A stretch of 64,000 nt of DNA from Gracilinanus agilis (taxonomy: Eukaryota). The position numbers and the translations under genes are program-made. The notes beneath the pieces were generated by a model. That model was given only the letters and a program-made list of their open reading frames with translations, was not told where the DNA came from and did no database searches. The DNA lies in contig NC_058134.1 of NCBI RefSeq assembly GCF_016433145.1, positions 312,155,007 to 312,219,006 of the forward strand. Direction: 5' to 3'. Below, piece by piece: positions 12,081 through 23,990 of the stretch; position 1 is the first letter of the stretch, and each line of letters begins with the position of its first letter.

Positions 12081-14544
12081 GGATCTTAAGAGACCAGCTT
12101 CCATCTTGGAGGAGGCCTCGTGCTTACTCACTGCTGGCCCTCCTGGCTGAGGACTAGTACAGGTATTATCTCTAACCTCTCCCACATTTCTCTACTCTAT
12201 TGTTTCCCCTCTAATTTGGTAATAAACTTCTGTCTTGAGAGATATGATTTTAGTGACCACGTTATTTCATATAATTTAAGTCCAACCTTTAAATTTAACC
12301 TCTACACACCTCGGTTTCCCCTTCTTTCTTTGATCTCTCCAGGCACCAGGGCCTCCTCATAAAGTACACAGGTTTACCAAGAAAATCATATTAAAATGTA
12401 ATTATCAAAGTGTAGTTTTTAAAGTTCGTGTTCCCTAAGTTCAGTATTCCTCGTGTAGAGGGATAAGAGGACCCGGGACAAAACTTTGGGGGGGTAGCTA
12501 AGGAGAGTGAGCGTGCCAGGAACAAAGAAGCCCAGGGGAGTCTCTGAAAGGAGCCTTCAGACCGGTAGGAGATCGAGGATAGCACCCAAAGACCTAGAAA
12601 GGAGAAAGGACGCAGGCAGAGCCTGGGCAGAGCAGGGCCAGAGGTTTGCAAGAATGAGGATTGGGAAAAGAACATGATCTTTAGCATTAAGAAATCATTG
12701 GTAGCTTTGGAAGGGTCAGTTTTAGTTGGATGATGAAGTGTGATTCCAGCCTGGAGGATTTCAGCGGGAAGGGGAGAAGCTTCTGCTGTAGCCTGTAGTT
12801 CTGTTAGCCTGCAAGGACTGGGGTGGGAGGAGAAAGATGTGGAACCATAGATGGCCCGAATGATGGGCTCAGGGCAGGGCTCTTCCGGACGAGGGAAACA
12901 TTGGCGTAGCCGGGATGGAGGCCCTAAGTAGGAAGAGTATGATGGTGGGGCGTCCGCCAGGGAAACTGAGGAGGAGGAGGAGGAGGAGGAGCGCTGCTTC
13001 CTCTTGGGCAGGGAAGGGCACTTGAAATTCCTCCAGGCTACATGGAACTGCAGGTTCCGGGGGGCCTCAGGACCGGAGAACCCCCGCTTAGACAAGTAGC
13101 AACGAACGTCAACTTCTTGGTGACTTGAAGCAGCCGAGGCCGGTGTGCGACGGGCTGCGTTTCCCCGGCTGCTCCAGGTTTCGCCTGGGATCTTCCGTGG
13201 GTTAGAACTGTGAGCCCAAGGTAGGTCCATTTGTGCTTGGGTTCTCCAGTTGTTTTGGAACCTCTTCCTTCCAGGACATCTTTGGGAGAGACACTAGGAT
13301 CAGAAAGGACAGAAGAGGTGAATCACGGGTCTGCTCACAGGTCTAGAGAGCTCAAAAAACTAGAATTTACTCTCTGAAGTCCACAGTTGAATCCGGCAGC
13401 TCAGTGATTCTTTTTAACCTGCTCGAGAATTTCCGGCATTTTCCTCGTTTCTCATAACTTTGAATAGCTTTCATCAATCTTTGTTTCCTGTTTTTATGTA
13501 ACAAAAGAACCTCCAAGCAACTTCATTAACATTCGTCCTAGAAACACATCTGAGACTGTGATGCAGCCGTGAAGCCTTGTTAAATGAAAGTGCCAGAACC
13601 AAAAACTTGTGCTCAAAGCACATTAGATTACCGATTATCCCCTAATCTCGTGTGATTCTGAGCTCTGGAGTGGGCACGGCTCGGCCAAAGACCTTCATCG
13701 CATCTGATCCCTTTGTTTTAAAAATGAATGTTTAGAAAAATCAGAATCTTTCCCCAGGAGCCAGCCAGTGTTGGAAGCGTTTGTTGTTGTGGCCGCCCTT
13801 AAAAAGCTTTATTGATCCTTCCCCGCAGTTCCAGGCTCGCCTCTCCCGGGACAGAGGAATTCCTCGCTGGTAGTTTATTAGCCGCCTGGTCCTGATGGTG
13901 AATGAAGTGTGGCTGCCATGCCCTTTTCCCTTTTCTTTTCTCTTGGTTCCTTGTTTCCCACACTCCCGCTTCCACTTTAATTTCCCCGTTCATTTGAGTT
14001 ATAACCTGTAGTATAGTTTGATCGATTTGCTGCCTCATTTTACTAAAATGTGTTGAGGAAGCCAAGACTCTTCCCATTAATTACAAAAATAATTACTATT
14101 TGCTGATCCTCTTGCATGCCATTCTTTGAAATGGATGCGTAATTGCGTTTGTTGGTCAAGGGACAGTTAATTCTGGGTTGAGATTTATGTGACTTCTTCA
14201 TATTTGAGAGGACGAGAACCTTTTGCAATTTAAGGAGAGAACGGATATGTCGCATGCTAGACAGCTTCACTCTTAGACAGCATTTACTCTTAGTGAAAGA
14301 CTGAAATAAAAAAATTACTTTTTTAAATCCAGTATAGCGTGTCCCAAAAATTTTAGTGCAGTTGTCAGCCTTAATACCTTAAAAGATTTAGTAGCTTGAA
14401 AATGCACTAAGACTTTGGGGGCATCCTATGTTATTAGTTAATGCTCTGGTGGGAAGACTTCCATATTTTATATTGTAAAAACAAGTGGTTCATTGTTGGA
14501 TCAACATGCTCAATTCATAGGCATGGAAGTGGGTTCATTAAAAA

Positions 14545-15680
14545 AACTTTTTTTTTCAGTTATCAGATACATTTTTTTTCTCCTCCATCTTTCCATTCCT
14601 CCCTGGGGAGGGAGGAGGGAGAAGAATAAAACCCTGGTAACAAAGCTTAGTTGGGCAAAACAGATTCCTTTTACTAGCTGAGGCTACAAATATGTACGTC
14701 ATTATACGTATTAGTCTATCATTTCTCTGGCAGGAGGTATGGCGTTCTTTATCAGAGGTCCTTTGGAATCATGATTGATCGTCGATTTAATCAAACTTCT
14801 TAATTCTTTCAAAATTGTTCATGGTCACAGTATTGACGTCAGAGTATAAATTGTTCTATTTCATCTCATTTCACTCTGCAAAAGTTCGTACAGCTATTTC
14901 CAATTTTCTCCAAAATTGGCTTTCTTCCTCCCCCCCCCCATACAATAATATAGCAATACATTAACATCCCATAACTTGTTCCGATATTCTCTGGTTGAAG
15001 GACATTTCCTTAGTTTTCTGTTCTTTGCCACTGCCAAAAGAACCAAAGAATATTTTTTGTACATACACATCCTGTTGTTCTTGGGTCAGAGGGTATGGCA
15101 CGTTAGAGATGTCCCATGGTTACCCGTTGCTTCCTGGCATGATCGTACTGATTGGAGGCTCTCCTTGCAGGCCTCACTGTGCCTGTTTTACGCTGCTCCA
15201 ACAGCACCGTCGTTTTCCTTTTTTTGTCCCCTTACCAATCTCATCCGATCCAGATACTTTACTTTTACTTTCTCTGATTATTAATGACTTGGAACATTTT
15301 TTCACATGGCTATAAATAACTCAGATATATTCACTTGAGAACTACCTGTTCATATCCTTCAACCATTTATCAGTTAGGAAATGGCTCTTAGTTTTATACA
15401 TTTAAATCATTCTTATGTCTTAGAAATGAGACCTTTATCAGAGAAATTTACTGTAAAGAATTTCTTCCAGTTCATTGTTTTCCTTCTAACCTTAGCTGGG
15501 TTAGATTTGATTGTGCAAGACCTTAATTTTATGTAATCAGAATAGTCCACTTTATCTTTTGTGATTTTTTTTTATCACTTCATTATGAATACTTCCCCTT
15601 TTTATAGATTCAAAAGGTAGTTTCTTCCTTGTTCCTCTAATTTATGATCTGACCTTTTATAGCTTAGTATATGTTTTATT
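14545..15680 (-). mobile_element. L1 3' segment (3'UTR to ORF2 HDLDIK region)
   Basis: T-rich tail at 14548, then marsupial L1 3'UTR and ORF2 C-terminal reverse complement. Confidence 0.85.
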
Positions 15681-15689
15681 TGTGTCAGA

Positions 15690-16440
15690 TAAAGGAAGAC
15701 CGAATACCTACTAGATATAACAGAGACAAGAAAAAGAATTTCTTCAGGAAATGAGCATAGGTAAAGAGAAAACAAAGTCATTCTTTTTTATAGATGATAT
15801 ATATTTGGGGAATCCTAAAAAGAGTCAACTAAGAATTAATTAAAACAATAAATTCAGCAAAGTTGTTAAATGTAAAATAAGTCTGTGGAAATCATTAGCA
15901 TTTCTGTTTGTTGACTAAAAAAGAGCTAGAATAAGACATTCTATTCAGAAGAACTAGAGAAGTTATAAAATATTTAGAGGTGTATCTAACAAATATACTC
16001 TGGAACTATATAAATATCATTTGTTCATGGGTAGGTTGAGCCAGTAGAATAAAAAGGACAATAATACATAAATTAATTTACTTATCAGTGCTATTTGAAT
16101 CAAAGTATGTTTTTTGGGCAAGAAAAAAATAATTCATATGGAAGAGCAAAAGGTCAAGAATCTTAAGGGAAGAAAGCTATCAATACTGGATTTAACTGTA
16201 CTCCAAAGCAAAAGATCTGCTACTAGTTAAAAAATGCAGAGTACAATCAGGAGAACAGAGTAGCTGCACAAAATATAATAACACACTTCTTAGGGTTCAA
16301 ACCCAGAGACCTCAGTTACTGGGGGAGAGATTCACTGTTTCTTCAAACCTTCTGGGAAAATTGGATAAAGGTCTGCCAGAGATTAGGTTTAGCCCCATCA
16401 CGGTATACCATGTGCCAATGGAAGCATGACCCAGATAAAA
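15690..16440 (+). mobile_element. L1 ORF2 RT-to-C-terminal segment, inverted relative to 14545-15680
   Basis: IG.EK.KSF.F.DD.Y..NP (degenerate LFADDMIVYLENP) near 15760-15820; ends in WENW...LG..H.T.YT...W.HD.DIK. Confidence 0.85.
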
Positions 16441-16682
16441 AACACTTGTCTTTCAGATTTATGGGACGCTAAGACCACACAACCTGATTGGCTTGAGCTC
16501 CCCATACTCAGCTTTTGGATCTATGGATGGGGATTAAAGATACCAGGCTAGAGTAGTCGTGGTCTATTTAGATTTGGTGGGTGGTTGAGACCACAGCGGT
16601 CACCATACCCTGATGACTGATTGACCAGACAGTTGTCACAGAGATAGGGAGATATTCCTTAACTTACTCAGGACACCGAGGT

Positions 16683-16872
16683 CCTCTACCCATTTTTTTT
16701 TTTTAAACCCTGAACTTCTGGGTATTGACTTATAGGTGGAAGATTGGTAAGGGTAGGCAATGGGGGTCAAGTGACTTGCCCACGGTTACACAGCTGGGAA
16801 ATGTCTGAGGCCAGATTTGAACCTAGGACCTCCTGTCTCTAGGCCTGACTCTCACTCCCTCTACCCATTTTT
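16683..16872 (-). mobile_element. Opossum-type SINE (SINE-1_MD-like), 5'-truncated, with TSD
   Basis: CORE gtcaagtgacttgcccacggttacacagctggg; direct repeat CCTCTACCCATTTTT at 16683-16697 and 16858-16872. Confidence 0.93.
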
Positions 16873-17249
16873 AAAAAGAAAAGGGTAAATGTAAATTTTT
16901 GTTTCTTTGAAAAATATGTGAAAAAAGAAAACTGTGGATTTTTGTAGAATAGGGGGTATTAAGAACCAACTGTCACATATTTCCTATGTCTGGTGATCAC
17001 CCTTCTCCCAAATTCTAAAGTATATTCTAATATTTCCACATTTAATTTCAACTTTTCACCTTTTATTAGTGAACTGAGGCCCCCTACTCTAATAAACATG
17101 ATTTATTTATTTATTTAATAGATTGGAGGGACCTTTTTAGATAGAAATGGGAATCACTAAACCATATGTAGAAAACCATATATTAACATTATCTCTGTTT
17201 TATTGTATTTTTATTTATTTCATTAAATATTTCCCAATTATATTTTAAT

Positions 17250-17478
17250 CTGAGCACCTGAGAGATGGGTCTGCTGTCAAGAAGACTTATCTTCCTGAGT
17301 ATGAATCTGGCCTCAGACACTTGTGTAACCCTGGGCAAATCACTTAACTCTATTTGTTTCTGTTTCCTCATCTATAAAATGACCTGTAGAAGGAAATGGC
17401 AAACCACTCTAGTATCTTTGTCAAGAAAACTCCAAATGGGATCACCAAGAATTAGATACAACTGAAATTACTGTTCAA
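17250..17478 (+). mobile_element. MAR1-type CORE-SINE
   Basis: ctggcctcagacactt...ccctgggcaaatcacttaac...aggaaatggcaaaccactctagtatctttgtcaagaaaactccaaatggg. Confidence 0.85.
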
Positions 17479-17980
17479 CACTTTTTAATCTGGCTTGGCC
17501 CCAACTCCAAATTTGTTGCCTGCCACCATGTTTTATGCCACTGAGATTTATATAGTTAATCAGCTCTGATAATATGGGGTCAAATATAAAATAAAGTAAA
17601 TTCTGAAGTCTTCTTAGGTTATTTTGCAAAATTCTTTATAATTAAAAGATTTCTCCTAGCTGTAATATCTTATATTTTATTTCCTTGTCTTTTCATGGAG
17701 TGATAAAATCTGAAAGTACTTCTATTTTAAAAATATTGGCAAATATTCAGTGTTCCCCTTAACATAGATGGGCAGATGGAACTGAATCAAGGTAAGAATA
17801 GACTGCAGAGAGGCCCTGAGCAAAGCCGATGGAGCCATATTTTAATTACTGCCCCATTCTGTGTTTATGTCCCATTAATGCTTCAAAAATAAATTAAGAG
17901 GTTTTTCTTTTCTTAGTCTGGAAAAAAAAATGCAGTTCCTCCCTCATTGTCCTCGCCCCTGATGCTTGGTTTCTATTATT

Positions 17981-18291
17981 TGTAAGAAATAAAATTAATA
18001 TAGAGTGATAAAATTAAAAATATCATGGTTTCAAGGGTTTATTGAAAGCCATTTAGAAAAATGAAGCCACGTGCCTATTGAGTTATTTTAAAGGGACCTG
18101 CCATTTACCTGTTCCTCCCATCCTCCTGTTCCACAATCACAAAAGCGGAAGTACCAATGCCATCCTCAGTCTTTATACTCCTGGTTATGTAATTATACTT
18201 CCTGCTCACCTGATTATACAAGAGGAATCATGGGAAGTGTAGTTTGAAAGAGATCTAAATGTTCAAGAACTCCTAAATTTCCATTATCACA
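17981..18291 (-). mobile_element. ERV solo LTR (related to 60895-61275)
   Basis: TG...CA termini; shares tgtaa..taatataga.tgata, ccacgtgcc, ggaagtacca and aatcatgg.aa.tgtagttt with the 60.9-kb LTR. Confidence 0.7.
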
Positions 18292-19112
18292 TTTTGTAAG
18301 TTGTCGAATGATCACCTTGGAGCATTTGAGTCTCTGTAGCTACACGTGGGCTTTGGGGTGTATCAGGACAATGAACCGTCACAGGAGATGCTCAGTATGC
18401 TCAGTATGACCCTATGGGTGTTGGGGCCAGGGTGGTCTGATTTAGTTAGAAAGAACATAGGATTTTAATGAGGCTTTGTCAGACTGGATCACCACTCAAG
18501 GTTCAGAATGGTGACTGGCCCAAATTGGATTGCACTGGGTCTGGGTGGAGGAAAGGGCATTCCCTGACTAAATGAGAGTCCTTCCAGCCTAAGCCAGCAG
18601 GAGTAACCTTGCCCTGGTTTATAGTTGTCCCGTGGAATGAGATAACGAATAAAATAATATTAAAACTTTGTTTTCTTGAAGCCCTGAGGATGTATCCTAA
18701 GAAGTTTGTGAGTTTTAATATGGGAACATCAGCTTTCTTTTGTTGTCTCCTGTATTATTAATATGTACTTGGAAAAGAGATGTGTCTCTGTGTTTCTTTT
18801 CTAGTCTAGATCTCTCTACCTAATCATGTAAAGTCCTTTGATGATAGTGTTTGGTTTCTGAAATTTAAAATAAAATTAGAACCATTTCATTTTCTTTCCT
18901 TCATATTATCAATTAGAGCATAAGTTTCACACCATCAGTATTCACGGCTCGGCTGTTGTGTCCTCTATCCTACCTCAGGCAAGGGGAAATGAGAAGTTAT
19001 GTGTGATTTTTTAAAAGTTCTTTTCCATTTAAGTTTTCATTCCCTTTTCCTTAGTTTATTTTGGTTGTTTTTTGTTCATAAAACGTTCTTTTTTGTTTCT
19101 GTTGTTGTGTAG

Positions 19113-19178
19113 TTTTGTACCAATGGCTAGAAGCACATCGTCATGGCAAGAGCCAAGATGAAGTAAACACAGTTTCAG
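19113..19178 (+). CDS. DENND5B: DENND5B alternative (cassette) exon in intron 1, 66 nt, phase 1-1, encoding (V)LYQWLEAHRHGKSQDEVNTVS(G)
   Basis: T-rich tract ending TGTGTAG (AG 19111-19112) and donor CAG|GTAAAA. The frame is open and symmetric. The peptide closely resembles the recalled mammalian DENND5B long-isoform insert VLYQWLEADRHGKSQGAANTTS, which sits just before GENFDQSP. Confidence 0.88.
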
Positions 19179-19674
19179 GTAAAAAAAAAAAAAAAAAAAA
19201 AAGGTGGGATTTAACAGTCATCAGCCCATGAATCCTTTGGGGCAATGTGTCTACTTAGCTTTGCTCAAATAAGCTTTTGGATATGGTTGAGTAGTTCTAG
19301 TTTTTTTGTTTATATGTTAATTTTCTCTAAAACCTTATTTTATGTTGACTGTTTTTCCCCCTTTTTGTCCCCAGCACATTTCACAATTCATTGGCACATA
19401 GTAAGTTCTTATTGAATGATTGATTGGCCTTCAGTGACATGTATTCTCCTTTCTCAAGAGGAAATAAGTTCATTGCCTATGTAGTCTAGCCAAAGAGTCT
19501 ACTTGGGGTTTAAATTAAATTCAATCTCTGTATTTTTATCATCAGTGGATTTTGCAAGTATGCATGCATTTGTAACCCATATTTTTCTTTTGGACTTTGC
19601 ATGTGCTTCCTTTGCTTTTGCTGCCCCCTTCTGTATCTGTACCTTGCACTTAGTCTCCATAAAAAGTCTTTAGA

Positions 19675-19863
19675 GGGGGCAGCTGGGCAGCTCAGTGGAA
19701 TGAGAGTCAGGCCTAGAGATGGGAGGTCCTAGGTTCAAATCTGGCCTCAGACACTTCCCAGCTGTGTGACCCTGGGCAAGTCACTTGACCCCCATTGCCC
19801 ACCCTTACCACTCTTCCACCAAGGAGCCAATACACAGAAGTTAAGGGTTTAAAAAAAAAAAAA
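19675..19863 (+). mobile_element. Opossum-type SINE (SINE-1_MD-like), full length
   Basis: ggggcagctgggcagctcagtgg tRNA-like head, CORE, A-tail; imperfect TSD aaaaagt(c/t)ttta. Confidence 0.95.
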
Positions 19864-20599
19864 GTTTTTACTTAGGTGCTTTTTTTTTGTTTTGTTTTCC
19901 TATCTAATTATAGGTACACTTTGTTTTCTGGGAAATTGGGGTATCCTCTTAAAAACTTCATTCCTTCCTTAATGCTATTTTCAGCTTGTTTTCTGGGTTG
20001 TTATTAGTTTACCAGATAGATGCTCTGTGGGCTGAGAGCTCTGAGAAACCCCTCCCTGTGCTGAATCAATTGACCCTTGCTGATAGCTTAAAGACTTTCC
20101 TCAGGCTTGGGTATAAGCTTGATCTCACTCAGAACTTGATCAGGTCAGGGGCTGATCAAATTCTAGCCCCAAGCTTAGGCTCAAGTTTCTGGTCTCCAGG
20201 TGTTCTTGATTAAATCAGGCACACCCTTGATTGCCCCGCCCTGAAGCTCTGTCTTTAGTTTGGGGCAAAAAGATCTTGGGGGGGAGGGCTCCCTCTGAGA
20301 ACTTTGTCCTCACCTCAAACCATGGATTATGTCCTCATCCCAAACCCAGACTGGGATTCCTGGCTTTGCTCTGGGCCCACAGGGATCAGCCCCCTTCATC
20401 CCAGATTGCCCTGGGCTAGGACTCCAGACTTCTCCACAGGTTTGAAATTTCCAGGGGTATGAGTTGGCTTGGACCACTATTTGCCCAGGCAGGATTCCAG
20501 GGTCTGAATGTTAGCTGGAGTTTAAGTTTGAAACCTGGTACAGCAGGTGTGGGGAGTGGAGGGGGGTTGTGGTTTGCTTTTGGCTTGCTCTTCACTCGC

Positions 20600-21900
20600 T
20601 GCAATGCCTCTTGCTAGCTTTGCTCCTTTTTCACCTCAGTTCTCTAGATGGTCTCTGACTAAATTTTGGGTTTTTCTTTTCTTGAAGGTTGTTTCACTCT
20701 GTTTCCTTGTTGGTTCTTTCACTCCTGTATTCATTTTGTGGCGATATTTTACTCTTGGTCAGAAAGAACTTTCATGGTGACTTGGAGTTGCTGTCCTAGT
20801 TACTCCTCCATCTTTGCTGTTGATGTTCTTGGTATTTCTTTTAGGAGGTGACAGTGGATTATTTCTGTTTCCGCTTTGCCTTCTGATTCCAAGAGTTCTG
20901 GGCATGGTTAAGATTTTTTGAAATCCCATATCTATCTGCACTTTTTTTTGTTCTTTTTGTTACATATGGTGCTTGGAGATCCAGTGATTTTTAAGATTTG
21001 CTTCCTTGACCTGTTTTGTAGGTCAGTTTGTTTTTGCTTTGAGGTATCTTATTATTCATTCAATAATTAATTTATTTCTTTTAGCCTGTTGGCTTTGTTT
21101 TATTTTATTTTATTTTATTTTTAGGCCCTTACCTTCCGTCGTGGAGTTAATACTGTGTATTGGCTCCAAGGCAGAAGAGTGGTAAGGGTAGGCAATGGGG
21201 GTCAAGTGACTTGCCCAGGGTCACACAGCTGGGAAGTGTCTGAGGCCAGATTTGAACCCAGGACCTCCCGTCTCTAGGCCTGGCTCTCAATCCTCTGAGC
21301 TACCCAGCTCCACCCTGTTGGCTTTGTTTTAATATTCCTTGTTGCTTTATGAAGTTCTGGCTTCTGTTCAGTTCATTCTAATTTCTGAAGTGTTTGTTAC
21401 TTGGGCAGGGTTTTGTACTTCATATGCCAAGCTGCTCACTTCCTTTCCAGTTCTTTCTTCTACAACTCTCCTTTCTTTCCCATTTTTTCCTTCTTGTTTA
21501 TTTATAAAAACATTTTACATTCTTTTTCTAAAAAAGACAAAGCTACATCTTTTTCAAGAATTCCAATTGAGTTTGGGCCCAGTTTCTCTGAGGCATTGCT
21601 TGTATATGGGCTGAGCTCCTTCTTTTCTTGTGTGTTTGTCTTAAGCGTTCCTGCCACTATAGTAGTTCATTGGGGTTTGTTTGTTTGCTCATTCTTCTAA
21701 CCTACTTCCTGACTTTGGATATGGTGTTGGGAGCTCTACCTACATATATGTGTGGAGGGAAGGTCTGGGCTCATCTTGTTGCTGCCAAGTTCTTGGGCAT
21801 TTTTGTGGAATGTCAAGGACAGACTGGGCCCCTGCAAGGTTTCGCTGCTCCTACAGTGGTCTGGGCCAGGGCAGAGTCTGTCTGCTGCTCTCCTTGGCTA
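20600..21900 (-). mobile_element. Old L1 ORF1/5' region, interrupted by the SINE at 21085-21331
   Basis: Reverse complement of about 20840-20905 encodes a PELLESEGK.E.E.IH.SPPKR-like L1 ORF1 peptide. Confidence 0.7.
21085..21331 (-). mobile_element. Opossum-type SINE (SINE-1_MD-like), full length, with 18-bp TSD
   Basis: TSD CCTGTTGGCTTTGTTTTA at 21085-21102 and 21314-21331; (TTTTA)n tail. Confidence 0.97.
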
Positions 21901-23223
21901 AGCTCTGCTAATCGATTCTAAGACTAAAGAGGGGGGAAAAAAGGAAAAGCTGTCGCTGGGGGAGAAGAGTAAACTGCAGAAAGGGTGACGTATCATCCCA
22001 CATTCCTCTCTTCAATGCAAGTGTTTAGTGAACGTTTACTCCGTGCTAGACGCCGGCTTGAATACTGAGGAATAGACCGGCAAACCTGGGACAAACACTT
22101 CGTGGGAAAGGAAAGAATCTTCGTTTTGGAAACTACCTGGAAAGAAATCTAGTTTTCCCACCACCAATCCAGGAATCCTTCCTGAGGCTTGACTGACAAG
22201 TGTGAGCCCTCGCTAATGGGGAGCTTCCTAGGCCCACTTCCTCTCTAACTTTTCTCTCATTGCTTTCTTTGGTAAAAATTACTTTTATTCTGAATGTAAA
22301 CGTCAGCCAGAATAGCCATTTGCAGACCCAGAAAGCCGCACTCTTCTGTAGAGCGGGCCTTTCTTTTTAGGGGATCACCCGCCTTCCTTAAAAGCTTTCC
22401 TGCTTGTCGGGCCTCACTGGCCTGACTGTTCTTTTCCCTCTATTTAAAGAAGAAGAAGAAAATGCCTTAATGCTGTTTTTCTTTTTGCCTCCTCTGGCCA
22501 TTCCGTTTGCATATACTCCCCTACCCTGGTGGGGAAGAAAACAAACCAAATGTGACTGCCCAAATCGGAGGCGAACAGTCAGCTCCCACAAAGACCTGGG
22601 ACGTGCTCTAGTAAGTGATTGTCCCAGTCACCATCGGGAAGTCCCTACACAGGAGGAAAGAAGACCCAATCCCCCTTGACCCCCTCCAAACACAGGACCA
22701 GCACAGATTTCGCCTGCATATCCTCTGCTCTGGGGGCAGAAGGAACAGAGGACTCCCTCAAAAAACACCCAGAGCAGGAATCTGGAATATCTTGGTTCAG
22801 TCTCTGGCTTGATGGAGGTGCTCCAGCTTGTTTCTCTTTGGATTTCTTGATGACTGTTGAGGCTGGTATTGTTTTAGATGTTTGATGGAGGCCACGTGTG
22901 CCTCCTCTGTTAAGGTTCACATAGCCTCCTCTGGATGATCTTTCCACAGCAATATTTGTCAAGAGTGATACCAGTCCATAACTCAAGAAAAACCGCCTTT
23001 CTTTTATTGTTGTAATGTTACGGGTCTGGAATCAAATGGGTTCAAACTGAGGGGGAATGATACCAAGTTTATAATTAATTCAGTGTCTTTAATTATTCAT
23101 AAAATTTAAAATAAATCTATCTACAAAAAGTCTTGAGAAACCCCAACTCAGTCATAATAGAGGCAATGCCAACGTATTTTAAAGGCTTTGGTTACTAAAT
23201 CTTAGTTGTTTGTTTCCTTCTAG

Positions 23224-23333
23224 GAGAAAACTTTGACCAAAGTCCTTTGAGAAGAACTTTCAAGTCCAGGGTTTTGGCCCACTACCCGCAGAATGTAGAA
23301 TGGAACCCCTTTGACCAAGATGCAGTAAATATG
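23224..23333 (+). CDS. DENND5B: DENND5B exon 2 (110 nt; uDENN start): (G)[36 protein letters not shown]
   Basis: Acceptor TTCCTTCTAG, donor ATG|GTATGT. Translation matches the DENND5B N-terminus and joins in frame to exon 3 (LCMPKG). Confidence 0.97.
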
Positions 23334-23459
23334 GTATGTATTTTTCTTCTGCCAGTCAGTGTCTGCCAGGTGATGGGAGGAAGGGCTGGGAAAGACTTCC
23401 TGGAGGAAATGGGATTTAGGGAAGTGACTCGGTTGGAGGCGTGCAGTCATTTTGGGAGC

Positions 23460-23990
23460 TGAATAGAGGTTGGACTGGAGTGGGGGTGCCACATCAGAGA
23501 AGGGGGCATATTGGAGGGGAGATGCGAAGGTGGAATGGTCAGAGCTTGGTAACAAATTGGATTTGGGGGGAGGTGGGCTAGGGGGTGAGAGGAGGGAGGA
23601 TTTAAGGGTGACACCCAGGTTGTGGACAAGGGACTGGGGGGGCGGGTCGCCCTCTCACAGTAATGGGGAAGGTAGGAGAGGCGAAGGGTTTGGGGGGACG
23701 ATATTGAGTCCAGTTTGAGATGCCCACTGGAGAGCCAGTTCTACCTTTTTTCAAGCGAAAGTTCTTATACTGCTGCCTTCTGAGAGCTAATATGAATTGA
23801 CACATAGATGCTGTCTGTCATCAAGCAGAGCTAAGCAGTTCGTTTGAGTGAGCCGTCAGTGAGTGCCCATCATGTGCCCGGCTTTGGGCTAGATCCTGAA
23901 GATAAGTAAGAGCGAGGCAGGCCTGACCTCAGAGATCTGACCCTCCACGGGGGCATCAGCACGCACCCAGAGGACTAAACACTTGATGTA
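23460..23990 (-). mobile_element. L2 fragments
   Basis: Purine-rich L2 body (gagtccagtttgagatgcccactgg) and an L2 tail (gagtgcccatcatgtgcccggc). Confidence 0.6.

Noticed and set aside
12391-13230. 279-aa minus-strand ORF, the longest in the track
   Set aside because: It spans an L2 fragment and a (GAG)n repeat, has low-complexity S/P/L composition and no recognisable domain; an open frame is expected by chance in GC-rich sequence.
1-19112. DENND5B exon 1 / CpG-island promoter
   Set aside because: No sequence encoding the N-terminal ...RFAHYFVLCGID...EPDELA peptide was found, so exon 1 lies upstream of the window. The CpG-rich patches here fit GC-shifted repeats better than a promoter.
23221-23226. 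NAGNAG tandem acceptor (TAG GAG) at exon 2
   Set aside because: A distal GAG acceptor is rarely used and the proximal TAG gives the conserved GENFDQ; there is no evidence for alternative use.
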